Positions 10,627 through 23,183 of a stretch of 64,000 bases of DNA are shown here, piece after piece (positions within the stretch are counted from its first letter, which is position 1; each line of letters starts with the position of its first letter). The position numbers were made by a program, and so were the translations under genes. Below the pieces are notes generated by a model. That model searched no databases. It was not told where the DNA came from and saw only the letters and a list, made by a program, of their open reading frames with translations. This stretch comes from Rebecca billardiae RCC1528 (taxonomy: Eukaryota; Protista; Haptophyta), in the NCBI GenBank assembly GCA_965240325.2, contig OZ251223.1, positions 620,001-684,000 of the forward strand, read 5' to 3'.

Positions 10627-13600
10627 ATGAGCGCGCTGCCCGCTCTCGACCACGCGACGTCGACGAGCTTCGAGTACCCGCTCAATGTGCCCCTCAGGAC
10701 GTACCAGCACGCCATCGTCACGCAGGCTCTCGTGAAGAACACGCTCGTCAGCCTGCCGACGGGCCTCGGCAAGACGTTCATCGCCGCCACGGTGATGCAC
10801 AACTTCCGCCGCTGGTTCCCGGACGGGATCGTGCTCTTCATGGCGCCGACCAAGCCGCTGGTCGCGCAGCAGCTCGACGCGTGCCAGAAGCTGCTCGGAG
10901 TCTCGCGGATTCATATGGCCGAGCTCACCGGCCACATGGCTCCCAGCGTGCGCGCGCGCGCGCGTGCGCGCGATGGATTGCGCCGCGCGCGCACGTGCCC
11001 CGGCCCGACGCTCACGCAGCCGCGCGCCCGGGCCCGCACGCTCGTGCGCAGGCGCGCGCGGCGGCGTGGAATAGCGCGTCGTTCTTCTTCACCACGCCGC
11101 AGACCGCGCTCAACGACCTGCGCCTCGGCCTGTGCCCCGCGCAGCGCGTCGTCTGCGTTGTCTTGGACGAGGCGCACCGCGCGACCGGCAAGTACGCTTA
11201 CGTGGAGGTGGTCACCGCGGTGCAGGCGGCGACGGGCGGGCGATTCCGCACGCTCGCGCTCTCGGCGACGCCCGGGAGCGACACCAAGACGCTGCAGCGC
11301 GTCATCGACAACGCGCTCATCGCGCACATCGAGTTCCGAGACGAGTCGTCTGCGGACGTCGCACAGTACGTGCACGCCAAGGACGTGAGCGTGATCGAGG
11401 TGCCGCCCTCGCGCGCGCTGGAGGAGGCGGAGCGGCTGCTGCGCGGGATCACGGGCACGATCCTGCGCCGGCTGCTCGCCAAGCGCGTCTTCTACGAGGC
11501 GGACCCGACCAAGGCGACCACCTTTCAGCTCAAGCTCGCCATGGACAAGGTGAGGGCGCGCGCCGCCCCCTGGCCGAGCTGCCGCCGCGCTACCCGCGCT
11601 GTGAGCTGTGCCACCGCGCTGGGCCGTACGCTGCCCGGCGCACCTCAGCCCGCCAGAGGGTGGGGCGGAGCGAGAGCGGCTGGGCAGCCATCGCCGCGCG
11701 CCCTTGCTCACGAGCGCGCGCCGCCACGCCCTGCTCGCGCGCCCGCTCGCCGCCCACCGCGCAGCTCGCGGGCTCGGCGCGCAGCGGCGGCGGCATGGCG
11801 CAGCTCGCGCATCGGCCGCTCTCGGACGACGAGTTCGGTGCAGCCATGTCCGACTTCGGCGCCGCGATGGCGATGCAGCACGCGCTCAAGCTGGCGAGCG
11901 CGCACGGCCCGCACGCGCTGCGCGCGTACGTGCGCCAGATCGACGAGGCCAGCTGCACGCCCGGCGCCGAGAAGGCGAAGCGCAACACGGCGCTCCGGAT
12001 CGCGCTGGAGGGCAAATCCGATTGGCTGGCGCTTCGCGACGCGCTCGGCGCGCTGTGCGCCAAGCCGGCGGCTGAGGTGTTCCCGAAGCTCGGCGAGCTG
12101 GAGCGTGTGGTGCGCGAGCACTTCGAGGCGTCGGCGGAGACGGTGGGCGCGGGCGGCACGCGGGTCATCGTGTTCACCTCGTTCAGAGAGTCGGTGATCG
12201 AAGTGACTGCACAGCTGAACCGGCTGAGGCCGCTGGGAGTGCGCGCGCATCCCTTCATAGGGCAGGGCACGCGCGCCGCGCCGCGCGCCGCGCCGCGCGC
12301 CGCGCCGGGCGCCGCGCCGGGAGCGCGCGCGGCCGCCGAGGGCGAGGCAGCGCACGGGGCAGAGGGCGCGGCGCTCGACGGCGGCGCGGCGTGCGACGAG
12401 GCGGCCGAGGGCGGCGCCGAGCCCCTCCTCTCGCTCGGCCCCGGCGGCGCGGCGCCGGGCGCGAGCGAGCGCGGGCAGTCGCAAAAGCAGCAGACTGCCG
12501 TCGTCCGAGCCTTCCGCGACGGCGGCATCAACGTTCTCGTCGCGACGTCGATCGGCGAGGAGGGCCTGGACATCGGCTCGGTCGATCTGATCGTGTGCTA
12601 CGACGCGGTGGGCGCGCCCACGCGGCTGATGCAGCGCTTCGGCCGCACAGGCCGCCACCGACCCGGCAGGTGCGTGGTGCTCGTCACGGCTGGCCGCGAC
12701 GCGGCTTCGCACACGCGCGGCGTGCAGTCGTCGAAGGCGATGAAGCGCGCCGTGCAGCGGCCGGAGCGGCTCGCGCTGTACGACGCGAACGAGCGGATGG
12801 TGCCGGAAGGCCGGCTGCAGTGCATCCAGAAAGTCTTCGAGCTGCCCGCGGCCGACGCCGACGCCGAGGCCCAGGCCGAGGCGGAGGCGGCGCCGCACAA
12901 GGGCAAGAAGCGGCCGCGCGCGCCGACCGCTGAGCGCGCGCGCTCGGCCGCGCCCTCCGGCGCCGCCCGCGGGGGCGGCCGCGCTGGAGGCGGCGGCGCT
13001 CGCGCGCAGTCCGCACGGCCGCTCAAGCGCAAGCGCGCGCACGCCGCGCACGCCGCGCCGCCGCGCGGCGGCGAGAGCGACGCCGACGACGACTTCGAAC
13101 AACGCGGCGGCGAGTGGGGCGCTCCGGAGTCCGCGGGTGCACCTGCCGCGTGCGCGGAGCGGGAGGTTGCGGCGGCCGCCGGCGCGCGCGCGGCCCCGGC
13201 CGAGGCGGGCAATGCCGAGTGGACACGCGCAGGGCCGGAGGGCGCGTGCGCGCGTACGACCGCACGGCCGGACGGCGCGTCCGCGCGTGACCAACCACCC
13301 GGCCTGGCGCAGCCCTGCGCGTCCCCGCGCGGCGCGGCGCGCGCCGGCTCCGAGCTCGGCTGCGTCATCCCGGCAGTGGGCGCGCGCGTGCGCGTGTTCT
13401 GGGGCGGCGAGGGTGCATGGTACGACGGGCGGGTGTGCGACGAGCGCTCGTCGCTCGGCCGGGGCAAGGCGTGCGCCATCGTGCGCGAGCACCGCGTGCA
13501 CTACGACGACGGCGACATGCGCTGGCACGACTTGGCGCAGGAGCCATTTCTGCTGCTCGATTCGGCGGCGCCGTCGCCGGCCGCGGCGGCGCGGCAGCCG

Positions 13601-15195
13601 GCGGCGCGCTCGGCGGCGCCGCGCGCGCCCGAGCTGCAGTCGCCAGCGGCGCGTATGCCCGTGGCGAGGCGCGCGGCGATGGGCGGCGCGCTGGAGCAGC
13701 AGGAGGCGCCCTCGCCGGCCATGGACGTGGACGAGGCGGGGCCACCACCGTGCGACCTCGAGGAGCTGCGCGCCTCCAGAGGAGCTGGCTGGACGTTTCC
13801 GGGCAACTTCCTCGGCGCATCTGCCCCGCCAGCAGACCACTCGACCTGCCCGGCCACGCCTGCGCCCAAGCCTGTGGGCGGCGTCGAGCAGCGCTCGCCC
13901 GGCGCGCGAGCAGGGTGCAACGCACGCGGAGGCCCTGACCAGCCGCGAGCCTGCAGCCCGGCAGCGAGCGCGAGCCCTCTGGCCGGCGCTGCGAGCGCCG
14001 ACGCCGACGCCGACGCCGACACCGTCGCCGACGAGGGCGCGCCGGGTGCGAGCCCCGGACCCTGCTGGCCCTGCACGCAGGAGGCCGCCGTATTCGGCGC
14101 CCTGGGCTCGCAGGAGGTGATACCGGACGGTGCGACCGGGAGCTGCCGTGCTGCGCCGCCGTGGAGCCCGCTGCCGGTCGTGCGCTTCCCGGCCCTGCGC
14201 ACCGCCGCTGTGCGGGCGATGCGCGCGGGCGCCAACACGGCAGCGGGCGCCACGGCCGCGGATGGAAGCATGGCGCCCGGCCTGCTGCTGCCAGCAACTC
14301 TGCAGCTCAGCGGTGCGCTCTCGCCAGCGCCGCCAGCCTTGCCGCCTCGGCGCTCGGGCAGCATCACACCGCGCGCCGAGACGGCTGCAGGCCCCAGCGA
14401 TGCCCGTGCGCGCGACCCACGCGACCACTCACCGCCGCGCGGACACGGCGCGCAGCCACGCCCACCCGGCGAGGCTGTGCCTGGGCTGCAGCAGCGGGCG
14501 GACTGCTGCAGCCATGCTGGACCGAGCCGCGCGGCGTCTGGTGCAGACGCGGCAGGAGGGGCGGCGCCGAGGTCGGAGGCCGCCGAGGCGCACGCGGCTC
14601 CGCCGTGTGCGTCGCGGCCCGCAGGCCTGGCCGCGCAGCCGGCGCCGTCCGCAGCGTGCGCGGCGCCTTCGTCAGCCGAGCGCCTGGCCGTCGCGCCGGC
14701 AGCGGCGCACACGGCGACGTCGACGAGAGAGGCGGACAAGCCCGCGGACGTCCCGGCGACGATGGGGGGAGTGGTGCCCGCGGCCGGCGCTGACGAGGCG
14801 ACGACTTCGGACTGGCTGGCTGCTGAGCTCGCCTTCTTGGAGAGCGTGGCCCTCGAGGAGCTGTTCGCACCGCCGCCCAGCGTGTCGCCCGCGCCGCAGC
14901 GGCCTGCGAGCGTGGCGTGCCCGCCGCTGCCGCCGCGCGCAGAGCCGCACATGGCTGCGGCAGCTGCATGCGATCATTGCGGCGCGCACACGCTGCCACG
15001 AGCAGGTGCTGCTCATGGGGGCGCGCCTGCACCTCCGCGGCAGCAGTGGCCGCCGCAGCAGCAGCAGCCGCCACCTCTGCCAATGGGTCGGCCGCCGATG
15101 GCGCAGCCACAGCTGCAGCGGCTGCAGCAGCCGCGGCCGTGGCAGCCGTGGCAGCCGTGGCAGCAGCAGCAGCAGCCGTTGCAGCAGCAGCCGTT

Positions 15196-15231
<36 letters not shown>

Positions 15232-16231
15232 GTTGCAGCAGCAGCCGCAGCCGTTGCAGCAGCAGCAGCCGCCGCAGCAGCCGCAGCAGCAGCAGCGGCG
15301 GCAGCAGCCGCAGCAGCAGCAGCGGCAGCAGTCGTTGCAGCAGCAGCCGCAGCAGCCGCAGCAGCAGCCGCAGCAGCCGTTGCAGCAGCCGCCGCAGCAG
15401 ATGCAGCAGCAGCTCGGTGGCGCGGTGCCGCCATCAGCCCCAGCAGCCCTGTGCCCATCGGATTCTCCTGCGGCGACCCCCGCGCATGTGCGTGGCTGCC
15501 CACCGAGACCCATCGGGCTGCAGCCGCCTGCGAGCGCGCAGGTCGGCGCCGCGCGTCCATGGGCCCCGACTGGCAGCACGCACGGTCCGGCGGAGGGGCA
15601 GAACAGCAGCGCGCTCGTTCGGACGCGAAGGTCGCCGCTCCGCCGACTGCGCCGCAACGCATGCGTGGACACGGCTGCTGCTGCCTCTCCGCAGCCTGCG
15701 GCCGCGCCGTCGAGCTGCCACGACCGCGTAGGAGCGGCGCGGCCGGAGCGCGCGCGCCCATCTCACCGACGCATCGCCTCCCGATTCATCCAGGACCAGG
15801 CGGACGCAAGCAGCGACGAGGAGGACGAGTTTGCGGAGGACAGCCAGGAGCTGCCAGACGTCTCTCAGCTCATCGACGACGACGACGGCGCGCACGACGA
15901 GACCGCCCGCTGGGTGTACCTGCGTGCGCAGCTGTCGCAGCCCAGCCCGGGCTGCCGGCTCCCGTCGCCGGCGAGGGCCGTGTGCCGCCGCGCCGAGCTC
16001 CGGCGCCGCGCGGGCGCGGTGGCCGACACGCCCTCGCCGGCGCTGTCCGCAGACAACGTTGATGGTCACGACCGAGGCAGTGTTGGGGGCAGGCGGTGCG
16101 CGGGCCGCAGGGCCAGGGGCCGGTCTCCGCAGACGACGACGCCAGCCGATGAGCCATCCTCGTCGCTCGACGGCTTCATCGTGCGCGATTCCACGGTCTC
16201 CGACGAGCCGGCCAGCGGCAGCTTTTACTGA
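10627..16231 (+). CDS. FANCM: FANCM/Mph1-family helicase with Tudor-like domain and polyQ; exons 10627-10947, 11052-11549, 11765-16231
   Basis: RTYQ, LPTGLGKT, MAPTKPLVAQQ, DEAH, LSATPG, ATSIGEEGLDI, QRFGRTGR; acidic C-terminus ending LDGFIV. Confidence 0.9.
15040..15415 (+). repeat. Coding CAG/CCG/TTG-interrupted polyglutamine tract in the FANCM-like gene
   Basis: Directly visible (CAG)n runs. Confidence 0.95.
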
Positions 16232-16695
16232 TCACCGGGCGACGTGACGAACGCCGTCAGAAGGCAGACTGGTGGTGTCCCCTTCCGTCCGGCCGACCGG
16301 CGACGACGCCATGATTCCATCATCAGCGATTCAGCGCGGAGAGAATGAATTCAGAGAAATCCCATCACGACAATTTTCATCATCGTCGTCATCAAAACAG
16401 CGAAAAATAACGAAACTCCGCCGCCGCGCGGACGGTTTCAAGTTCCCGGGTACCACCTGGCCAACTCACTCCAACTGCCAAATACTGTACATGATCGATG
16501 AGCAGCCAATATGACTAGCAGCTCAGTCAATCTCCCCAACTTGTCATATGTATCTCACCCACGTATGGGGGTATTCTTGCATTTGGAATAGGAGTGTTGC
16601 GCGGGGCAGCTCGCCCCTGCAGCTGAGTGAGCTGGCGAGCATTATCAAGCAGGTGAGAGGTGTGCAGCAAGGAGGCCTGCCCCCCGAGCTACAGT

Positions 16696-19225
16696 ATGGT
16701 GCTCGCCGCGGGCCACGCGCCGCCTCGACAAACGCGGCCAAGGCGGCCGCCGACGCTCCTATTGTTTGTGCTGCTCCCTTGGATCGGGCAGGCCGGCGGA
16801 TGGGTCACCCTGCCCTCCGACTATGACAAGTGGGAGGGGCGCAAGTACGCGTGGACATTTGGCTCCGAGGCCGTCAGCATGGAGGGCCTGCGCGGCGGCC
16901 TGGCGTTTGCGATCGACCCGCGCCTGTGCGCGGAGCTGCGCCCAACGTTCCGCGAGGACTCGGTCAGTAGCGGCGGGCTCAATCTCATCGAGTTCATCAA
17001 CTGCGAGGAGATCAACGACGCGATCGCGCGTGCCATGTCGACGTGGGCGCTGAATCACCCGTACCTCGACTTCTACAACGTGACAGACGAGTGCAACGCG
17101 GAGGGGAAGGGGCGCGAGTGCTCGCTCGCGGAGGTCTACATCGACGCCTCCGCGCCCGCGCCGGGCTCGAAGTTCGAGACCATCGCCGCCTACGTCATCC
17201 ACAACCCGAGCTGGCGCAAGTACTCGGGCGACCGCTGGGAACGAGGCGTGCGAACGCCCGCAGGTGCGGCAGAGCGCGGGCGTGCGCACGCGCGGCGGTG
17301 GGCGCGGGCGCCGCGCGGGCGCGCGCGCGGCGGCGGGCGCGCGCTGACCCGCGCGGGCGCGCGCGCGTCCCCGCTCGGCCCGCGAGTCGCGCAGGCGACA
17401 CCGTGCGCGAGGACTTTCGGATTAAATTCGCCACGGTCACTTTTCACACGCACCTGTGCTGGTACCTCGACAACACGTTCTGCGGAGGCTTCCGCGAGCG
17501 CAACGAGGTGACGGGCTCGGTGGCGATCACGGGGCGCGCGGTGGTCTGGTCCATCTGGTTCCTCGCCTTCCTCTACCTGCTCTACCGCGCCGTGCGCTTT
17601 GTTTACAACGTCTACCACCTCGGTGCACGCGAGCGCCGCGCGGCAGCCGCGCGCGGGTGGCTCGCGGGCGGCGGCGCGGTGGCCCGTTTGGCAGTGTGCC
17701 TCACCACCCCACCCCCGCGCTGCGTGGCGCGCGCGCGCGCGCACCACCACCAGGGCTCGAGGGCGGGATCGCGTTCACCATCCAGCGGGCCTCGCGGATG
17801 ATGCTCCCGAATTACCTCTGTCTCTTTTTCATCATCTCTCCGCCCATCTTTTGGTTCAAAATCTTCGTGCCGTGCATCGAGTGCTACGACTTTGAGGCCA
17901 CCGCCGCGCACGAGATCGGCCACGTGCTCGGCTTCACGCACCCGGACGTGTACCCCGAGTTCCACCGGGTGGCGCTCAAGCCCGCGTCGGCGGAGACCTG
18001 CTGCCCGCGCGCCGCACACCCTGAGGGCGTCGACTTTGGCTGGCTCGACGCCGCGCCGTGCGCGTCGGGCTCCAACGAATCGGCCGTTCGGTTCGACGCG
18101 GCCGACGGCGCGATCAACGGCTCCATCATGTATCACCTGACCACGTTCAAGTCGCGCGCGTGCCTCTCGCAGAACGACCTGGACGGGCTGCTGTACCACT
18201 ACCCGGTGTGCAACGACGACGCGGTGCACCAGGGCGAGCCCATCTGCGTCAAGGCGACGCGCAACATTGGCTGGATCCGGCTGTGTGAGGCCATCCTGCC
18301 GCCTTTTGTTTTTGCATCTCTCGTCCTCTTCTGCGGCGTGGCCGTGGCGAGCTGGCAGCAGCGCGGCCGCACGAACCGCGGGCGGTGGCACCTCGCGACG
18401 CAGACGGCGGTGCGCGCGTCTGACGGCGAGCGCGAGCGCCAGCCGCGCCGCTTCGGCCGGCCGAGAATGCTCGGCAGGCGCCGAGGTGGCTCGGACTCGC
18501 AGCCGGCGTCACGCTGTGCGCCCGCCGACCCTCGGGCTGCGCCGGCCGCGGCCGCGGCACGGCCGGAGGAGGGCAAGCCGGCCGCGGCGCCGGCGGCGGT
18601 GGGCGCGCCGAAGGGGCTGTCGGGATCGTCCACATCAGACTCGCACTCGGCGAGCTCGGTGGGCTCGCCCGGCATGCCGCCCGCCAAGCCCGCCCAGCAC
18701 GGAGCGCTCGCGAGCACCACGGACGGTGGCGCGCAGCACGCGGCGGCAGCTCGGCCGCCGGCCGCAGCCGATGTGCACGCGCCTGCCGAGGCGGAGAGGG
18801 GGGCGGCTGTGTGCGGCGCGGGCGGCGCCGATGGGACGGCGGGTGCAGCACGAGGCGGCTCGGCGAGCCCGAGGGAAGCGCCGCTGGCACAGCCGCCAGC
18901 GGCTGCGCTGCCCGCGCCGCTATCTCCGCGCGACGGGCGTGTCGGCGCGGACGACGATCCGACGGCAGCGGCAGACGGCGGCGGCTCGGATGTGCTGGCA
19001 AAGTGGCGCTCGTACCGTGAGCGGCAACGCTCGCAAGGCCCATTACAGGCCCAGCCGCCGCCTGCGCCCACGCGGCCGCCCCAGGTCCCGCCTCTCGCGA
19101 TGATCATCACGCAGCCGAGCGACCTGCCGTCCGATCGGCACCTGGGCGGCGCCGCCGACGACGCCAGCCACGACGAGGGCGGCTCCGACGGCTCGAGGAC
19201 AGAGGGTGTCATGCTATACGCCTGA
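16696..19225 (+). CDS. Membrane-anchored metzincin (M10/matrixin-like) metalloprotease; exons 16696-17263, 17395-17622, 17754-19225
   Basis: Signal-like segment, HEIGHVLGFTH zinc motif, Met-turn GSIMY, three hydrophobic helices; two phase-1 GT-AG introns. Confidence 0.8.
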
Positions 19226-19476
19226 GCCGGCAGCGTGCTGAGGCATGCTCAGCGTGATGACGATTCGCCGGCGCCCGCCTGGTGGATGTGACCTGATGTA
19301 GCTGAGTGAGTGAGTAGGCAGGCGAGAAATACAGGAAGCTATGGAGTGAAGAGCTCGTCCTGATGAGCGCCTGACGAGACGAAAACATCAGGAGCTTCCG
19401 GTAGATTTCGTCAGGATCTCGACTACCAGCAGGTCGCCTCAGACGCGATCGCCGACGGCACGAGCGGGCGTGAGCG

Positions 19477-21261
19477 ATGTCGCGCTCAATCGCGCTGCTG
19501 CTGCTCGCATGCCTCGCGTCGGCGCGCGCGCTCGTCGTCTCGACGGCGCTCGCCGCCCGTCGCGCCGCGCTCGCGCGCAGGCGGCAGATGCCGAGGCTCA
19601 CCATGTCGGCCGCGCGCGACGCTTTCTCACTCGTCGTCCTCGGCGACCTCCACATGGAGGATGACATGGGCGCGCACGAGGAGGCGCGCGCGGACTGCCT
19701 CGACGCACTGCGCTCGATCTCGCTGCTCGACTCGGCGGAGGTCGAGCGGCTGCGCGCACGCCCAGCCGGCGAGCTCTCCCTCGCCGAACTGGAGCTCGTC
19801 CTTGATGCAGCGCGGCAGGGCGAGCTGCTCGACGCGCACCTCGTCTCACTGGGTGACCTTGGGCGCAAGGACATCCGGCACGAGCCCGGAGACGCGGGCA
19901 CGACGAAGAGCTTCGTGGATGCGAAGGCCTTCCTGGAGGGCTTCGCGCCGCTCCCCCTGCACATCATCACCGGCAACCGTGCGCGCCGCACGCGTTTGCG
20001 CGCGCGCGCTCCGGCGATGCGCGGCTGCGACGCTCGGCGCACGCCCCGGCCCCGTGGCCTGCGGGCGCGGCGTCCGGCGCGCAGCGAGCGGCGCGACCAG
20101 CTCAGCCGCGCCGCGAGCGCCTCGCCGCGCCTGCGCCCCGCAGACGATCTCGAGGGCCTCGACGAGTTCGACACCGACGCGGCCAACCTGCAGGCATGGC
20201 TCGACACATTTGGGCTCGACGCGCCCTATTGGAGCGCGCAGGTGGCGCGGCGCACGCTGGTCGTCGGGCTGTCGACCGTGCGCTTCCGCGACTCGCCGTT
20301 CTCGTCGCACGAGGTGCACGTCGACCCGGACCAGCTCGCCTGGTTCGAGCACACCCTCGAGACCCACCCCGCGGCCGACGGGTGGCGTGTGCTCGTCTTC
20401 TCACACGCGCCTCCGATGGGCTCGGGCCTTCGGGTGCTGCAGAGCGTACACATCCGGAACGGGTGCGCGTGGCTCAACCACTGCGGCGCGCCGGACGAGT
20501 CGCGCGCGTTCCTCCGCCTCGTGCGCCAGCACCCGCAGATCAAGCTCTGGTGCTCGGGCCACTTCCACCTCTCCCACGACTTCGAAGACTCAATCTCGTT
20601 CAAGGATGGGTGCGCGTTTGTGCAGGTTGGTGTGATCGGTCCGGCGTCCAGCCGCGACGGCCGGCGGCAGACGCGGCTCGTGCAGGGCGACGCGGACGGG
20701 CTGCGCGTGTACACGGTGAACCACCACGATCGCGACCCCGCGAGCAACGCCGCCAAGGTCCGGCTCGACGCCGAGCTCGACTACGCGAGCGGCGAGATCG
20801 CGTTTGCGCACGGCTCGGAGGCTTATGACGACGAGGACTGGTTCTCAGCATACGTGCCGCAGGAGGCGGACGGCTGCTACCTCGAGAGCCCGAACGGGCA
20901 GGTGGCGTGCACGCAGAGCGCGCCGAGGAGCGTGTGCTGGTGGCACATGGCCGACGGCAAGACCCTCGGCGTGCACGACCAGCAGATCGTCGAGTACGAC
21001 GCCGAGACGCTCTCGCCGCTCGGCATCGTCGTCAGCCGCGACCAGCTCGCCGGCCGGCAGGTGGTCGTGGTGAACGAGGGCGAGGCCCTCGTGCTGATGG
21101 GCGAGGGAGACGGCCCGGGCGGCAAGACCGTCGAGGTTGTGCACCCGAACGAGGACGGCAGCTACTGGCGGCGCCTGCAGCGGAATAAGCGCGTGCGGCA
21201 GGAGGAGCAGGCGCGCGAAGCGCTCGCGCGCCAGTGGCTCGAAGTCGAGCAGTCGTCCTGA
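19477..21261 (+). CDS. Calcineurin-like metallophosphoesterase, probably plastid-targeted; in-frame intron 19979-20143
   Basis: GDLH, GDLG, GNHD (restored only after splicing), FSH, GHFH; signal peptide plus Arg/Ala-rich transit region. Confidence 0.88.
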   Translation: MSRSIALLLLACLASARALVVSTALAARRAALARRRQMPRLTMSAARDAFSLVVLGDLHMEDDMGAHEEARADCLDALRSISLLDSAEVERLRARPAGELSLAELELVLDAARQGELLDAHLVSLGDLGRKDIRHEPGDAGTTKSFVDAKAFLEGFAPLPLHIITGNRARRTRLRARAPAMRGCDARRTPRPRGLRARRPARSERRDQLSRAASASPRLRPADDLEGLDEFDTDAANLQAWLDTFGLDAPYWSAQVARRTLVVGLSTVRFRDSPFSSHEVHVDPDQLAWFEHTLETHPAADGWRVLVFSHAPPMGSGLRVLQSVHIRNGCAWLNHCGAPDESRAFLRLVRQHPQIKLWCSGHFHLSHDFEDSISFKDGCAFVQVGVIGPASSRDGRRQTRLVQGDADGLRVYTVNHHDRDPASNAAKVRLDAELDYASGEIAFAHGSEAYDDEDWFSAYVPQEADGCYLESPNGQVACTQSAPRSVCWWHMADGKTLGVHDQQIVEYDAETLSPLGIVVSRDQLAGRQVVVVNEGEALVLMGEGDGPGGKTVEVVHPNEDGSYWRRLQRNKRVRQEEQAREALARQWLEVEQSS

Positions 21262-21729
21262 CGTCCTCGGTCTGAGTGAGCAGTTGACCACGAGCACCCA
21301 CATCCACATGACTCATGTAGTCATGAGCCCACATCGTCATCATTCTGCTGACGACACTGGTACTGTCCTCTCGAGATTTCTCAGCACCGAGCCAGGCCGC
21401 GGAGGTCTCCCAGAGTCTAAGCTAGACTTTAGAGCCTACGGCTACGCGGTGACGGACAGACGTGAGTACGCCGGCCGCAGTATCAGAGTACGCATCTGAT
21501 TCTGAATAAGTCATATGGAGCCCCGCCTCGGTATCAGACTAATCAGTATAATCAGACTCAGTATCAGCAGCACTCGCCGGACCACCACGCGGACGCTGCC
21601 AGTCGATGACATTGACGTGCTGAGATGCGGCAGCCGCCTGCAGAGCCGTGGCACTGACTGACCGCGAGCCTCCCGCCCCGAGCCGCCTGATGCGGCCGGC
21701 AGCAAGCGCGGCGATGTGGCTCGCACTCG

Positions 21730-22999
21730 CTACGGGGGGCACGCGACGACGCGAACCGACGAGTCGCCGGCGGCGATCGCGAGCATCTTGGAGTCGTGCG
21801 AGAAGTCGACGCCATACGCGCCCTTGGCAAGCTTGACGATCCCGAGCGGCTCGTTGGTCGAGCGCGAGAAGACGCGCACCTCGTTGGCGCCTGCGCCACC
21901 CGCGGCGACCAGGGTGCCTGATCGGCTGAACTGCGCGGCGTACAGCATGCACGGCTCGCTCTCGTCCACCCACGGCACCGTGCTGATCAGGTCGCCCGTG
22001 CGGTAGTCCCAGAGCTGGAGCTGCTCGGTCGCCCGGTACGAGCCTGACACGACCTCGTTGCCGGAGATGTCCACCGAGTCTCCCGCGATGAACGGGCCGT
22101 AGATCGAGCGCACGGAGCCCTCGGTGCGCAGGTCCCACATCTGGATGGTGTTGTCCCACCCCGCCGAGAGCAGCACGTTCTCGTCCGTCGGGTGGAAGCG
22201 CAGCGAGAAGACGCGGTTGGAGTGGCCTGCGCGGGCGCACGCGCGCAGCGCACGCGGGCAGCGCGCGCCGGCCACGCGGTGTCGGTACGCGCGCGTGGCT
22301 GGGCCGAGTGCGGAGCGGAGCCGTGGGCGCGGCCTGCGCTCGGCCCCGCGCGCAAGCCGTCTCCTCCCAGCCCCACGCCTCCTTCCTGCGCGCACCTGCG
22401 TGCTTCTTCCCAAAGCCGCTGGACAGGTCCGCGACCTTGGACTTGGTCGCCTCGTCGTAGATGCGCACGGTGTAGTCCTTGCCCGCGGTGGCGAACTTGG
22501 TGCCGTCGCCCTTGTAGTCGATGGCGAAGATCTGGTTGTCCGGCTCCACAATCGTGTGCAGGCACTTGCCCGACGTGATGTGCCAGTGCTGCAAGCAGCC
22601 GTCCGCATTCGCGGTCAGGAGCACGTTGCGCGTCTTTGTGGACGCGCTCGATGGCCGGAAGCGCATGCACGTCGCGGGTAGCCCGTTCTCCGACGTGACG
22701 AGCGAGTAGCTGTGCCGGCCCGTCTGCGATTGGAAGATCTTGACGCGCCCGTTCCCCAGCCCCGCGGCGACGAGCGTGCCGTCTGACGAGAAGCGCACGC
22801 AGAAGACCTCAGCCTCCTGCCCCGCCTGCGTCCACGACTGCAGCAGCGGTTTGATCGGCGTGAAGGCGGGCCGCTTCGTGCCGCCGTCGGCACGGCCATC
22901 GTCGAGCATGTGCCCCATCTTCCCCGCGTCGGGCTCGCCGTCATCAAGCCCATCGTCGTCGTCGTAGTCGTCGTCGTCGTCGGAAGGCGGTTCCGCCAT
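21730..22999 (-). CDS. WD40-repeat protein; intron 22227-22395
   Basis: Repeats such as FATAGKDYTVRIYD and GHSNRVFSLRFHP..LLSAGWDNTIQMWD. Confidence 0.9.
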
Positions 23000-23183
23000 C
23001 TTGGGCTATCGCGCTCGCTCGCTACCGGCTTTGGCCGCCCGCAGCCGCTGGCTGGCCCGCGCCGCCGTGAACCAAGCTTGTGCCGGTGTAACCGAATCGA
23101 TGGCGTCGTCCCTGTGAGCAGCAAGGTGGCTCGCTGCTGGCTGTGAGCAGCGCAGCACTAAGGGCTCGGCTTGGGGGCTCACC

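Noticed and set aside
14364-16062. Poly-Ala, poly-Ser and poly-Cys ORFs (metallothionein-like appearance)
   Set aside because: Alternative frames of the CAG tract in the FANCM-like gene
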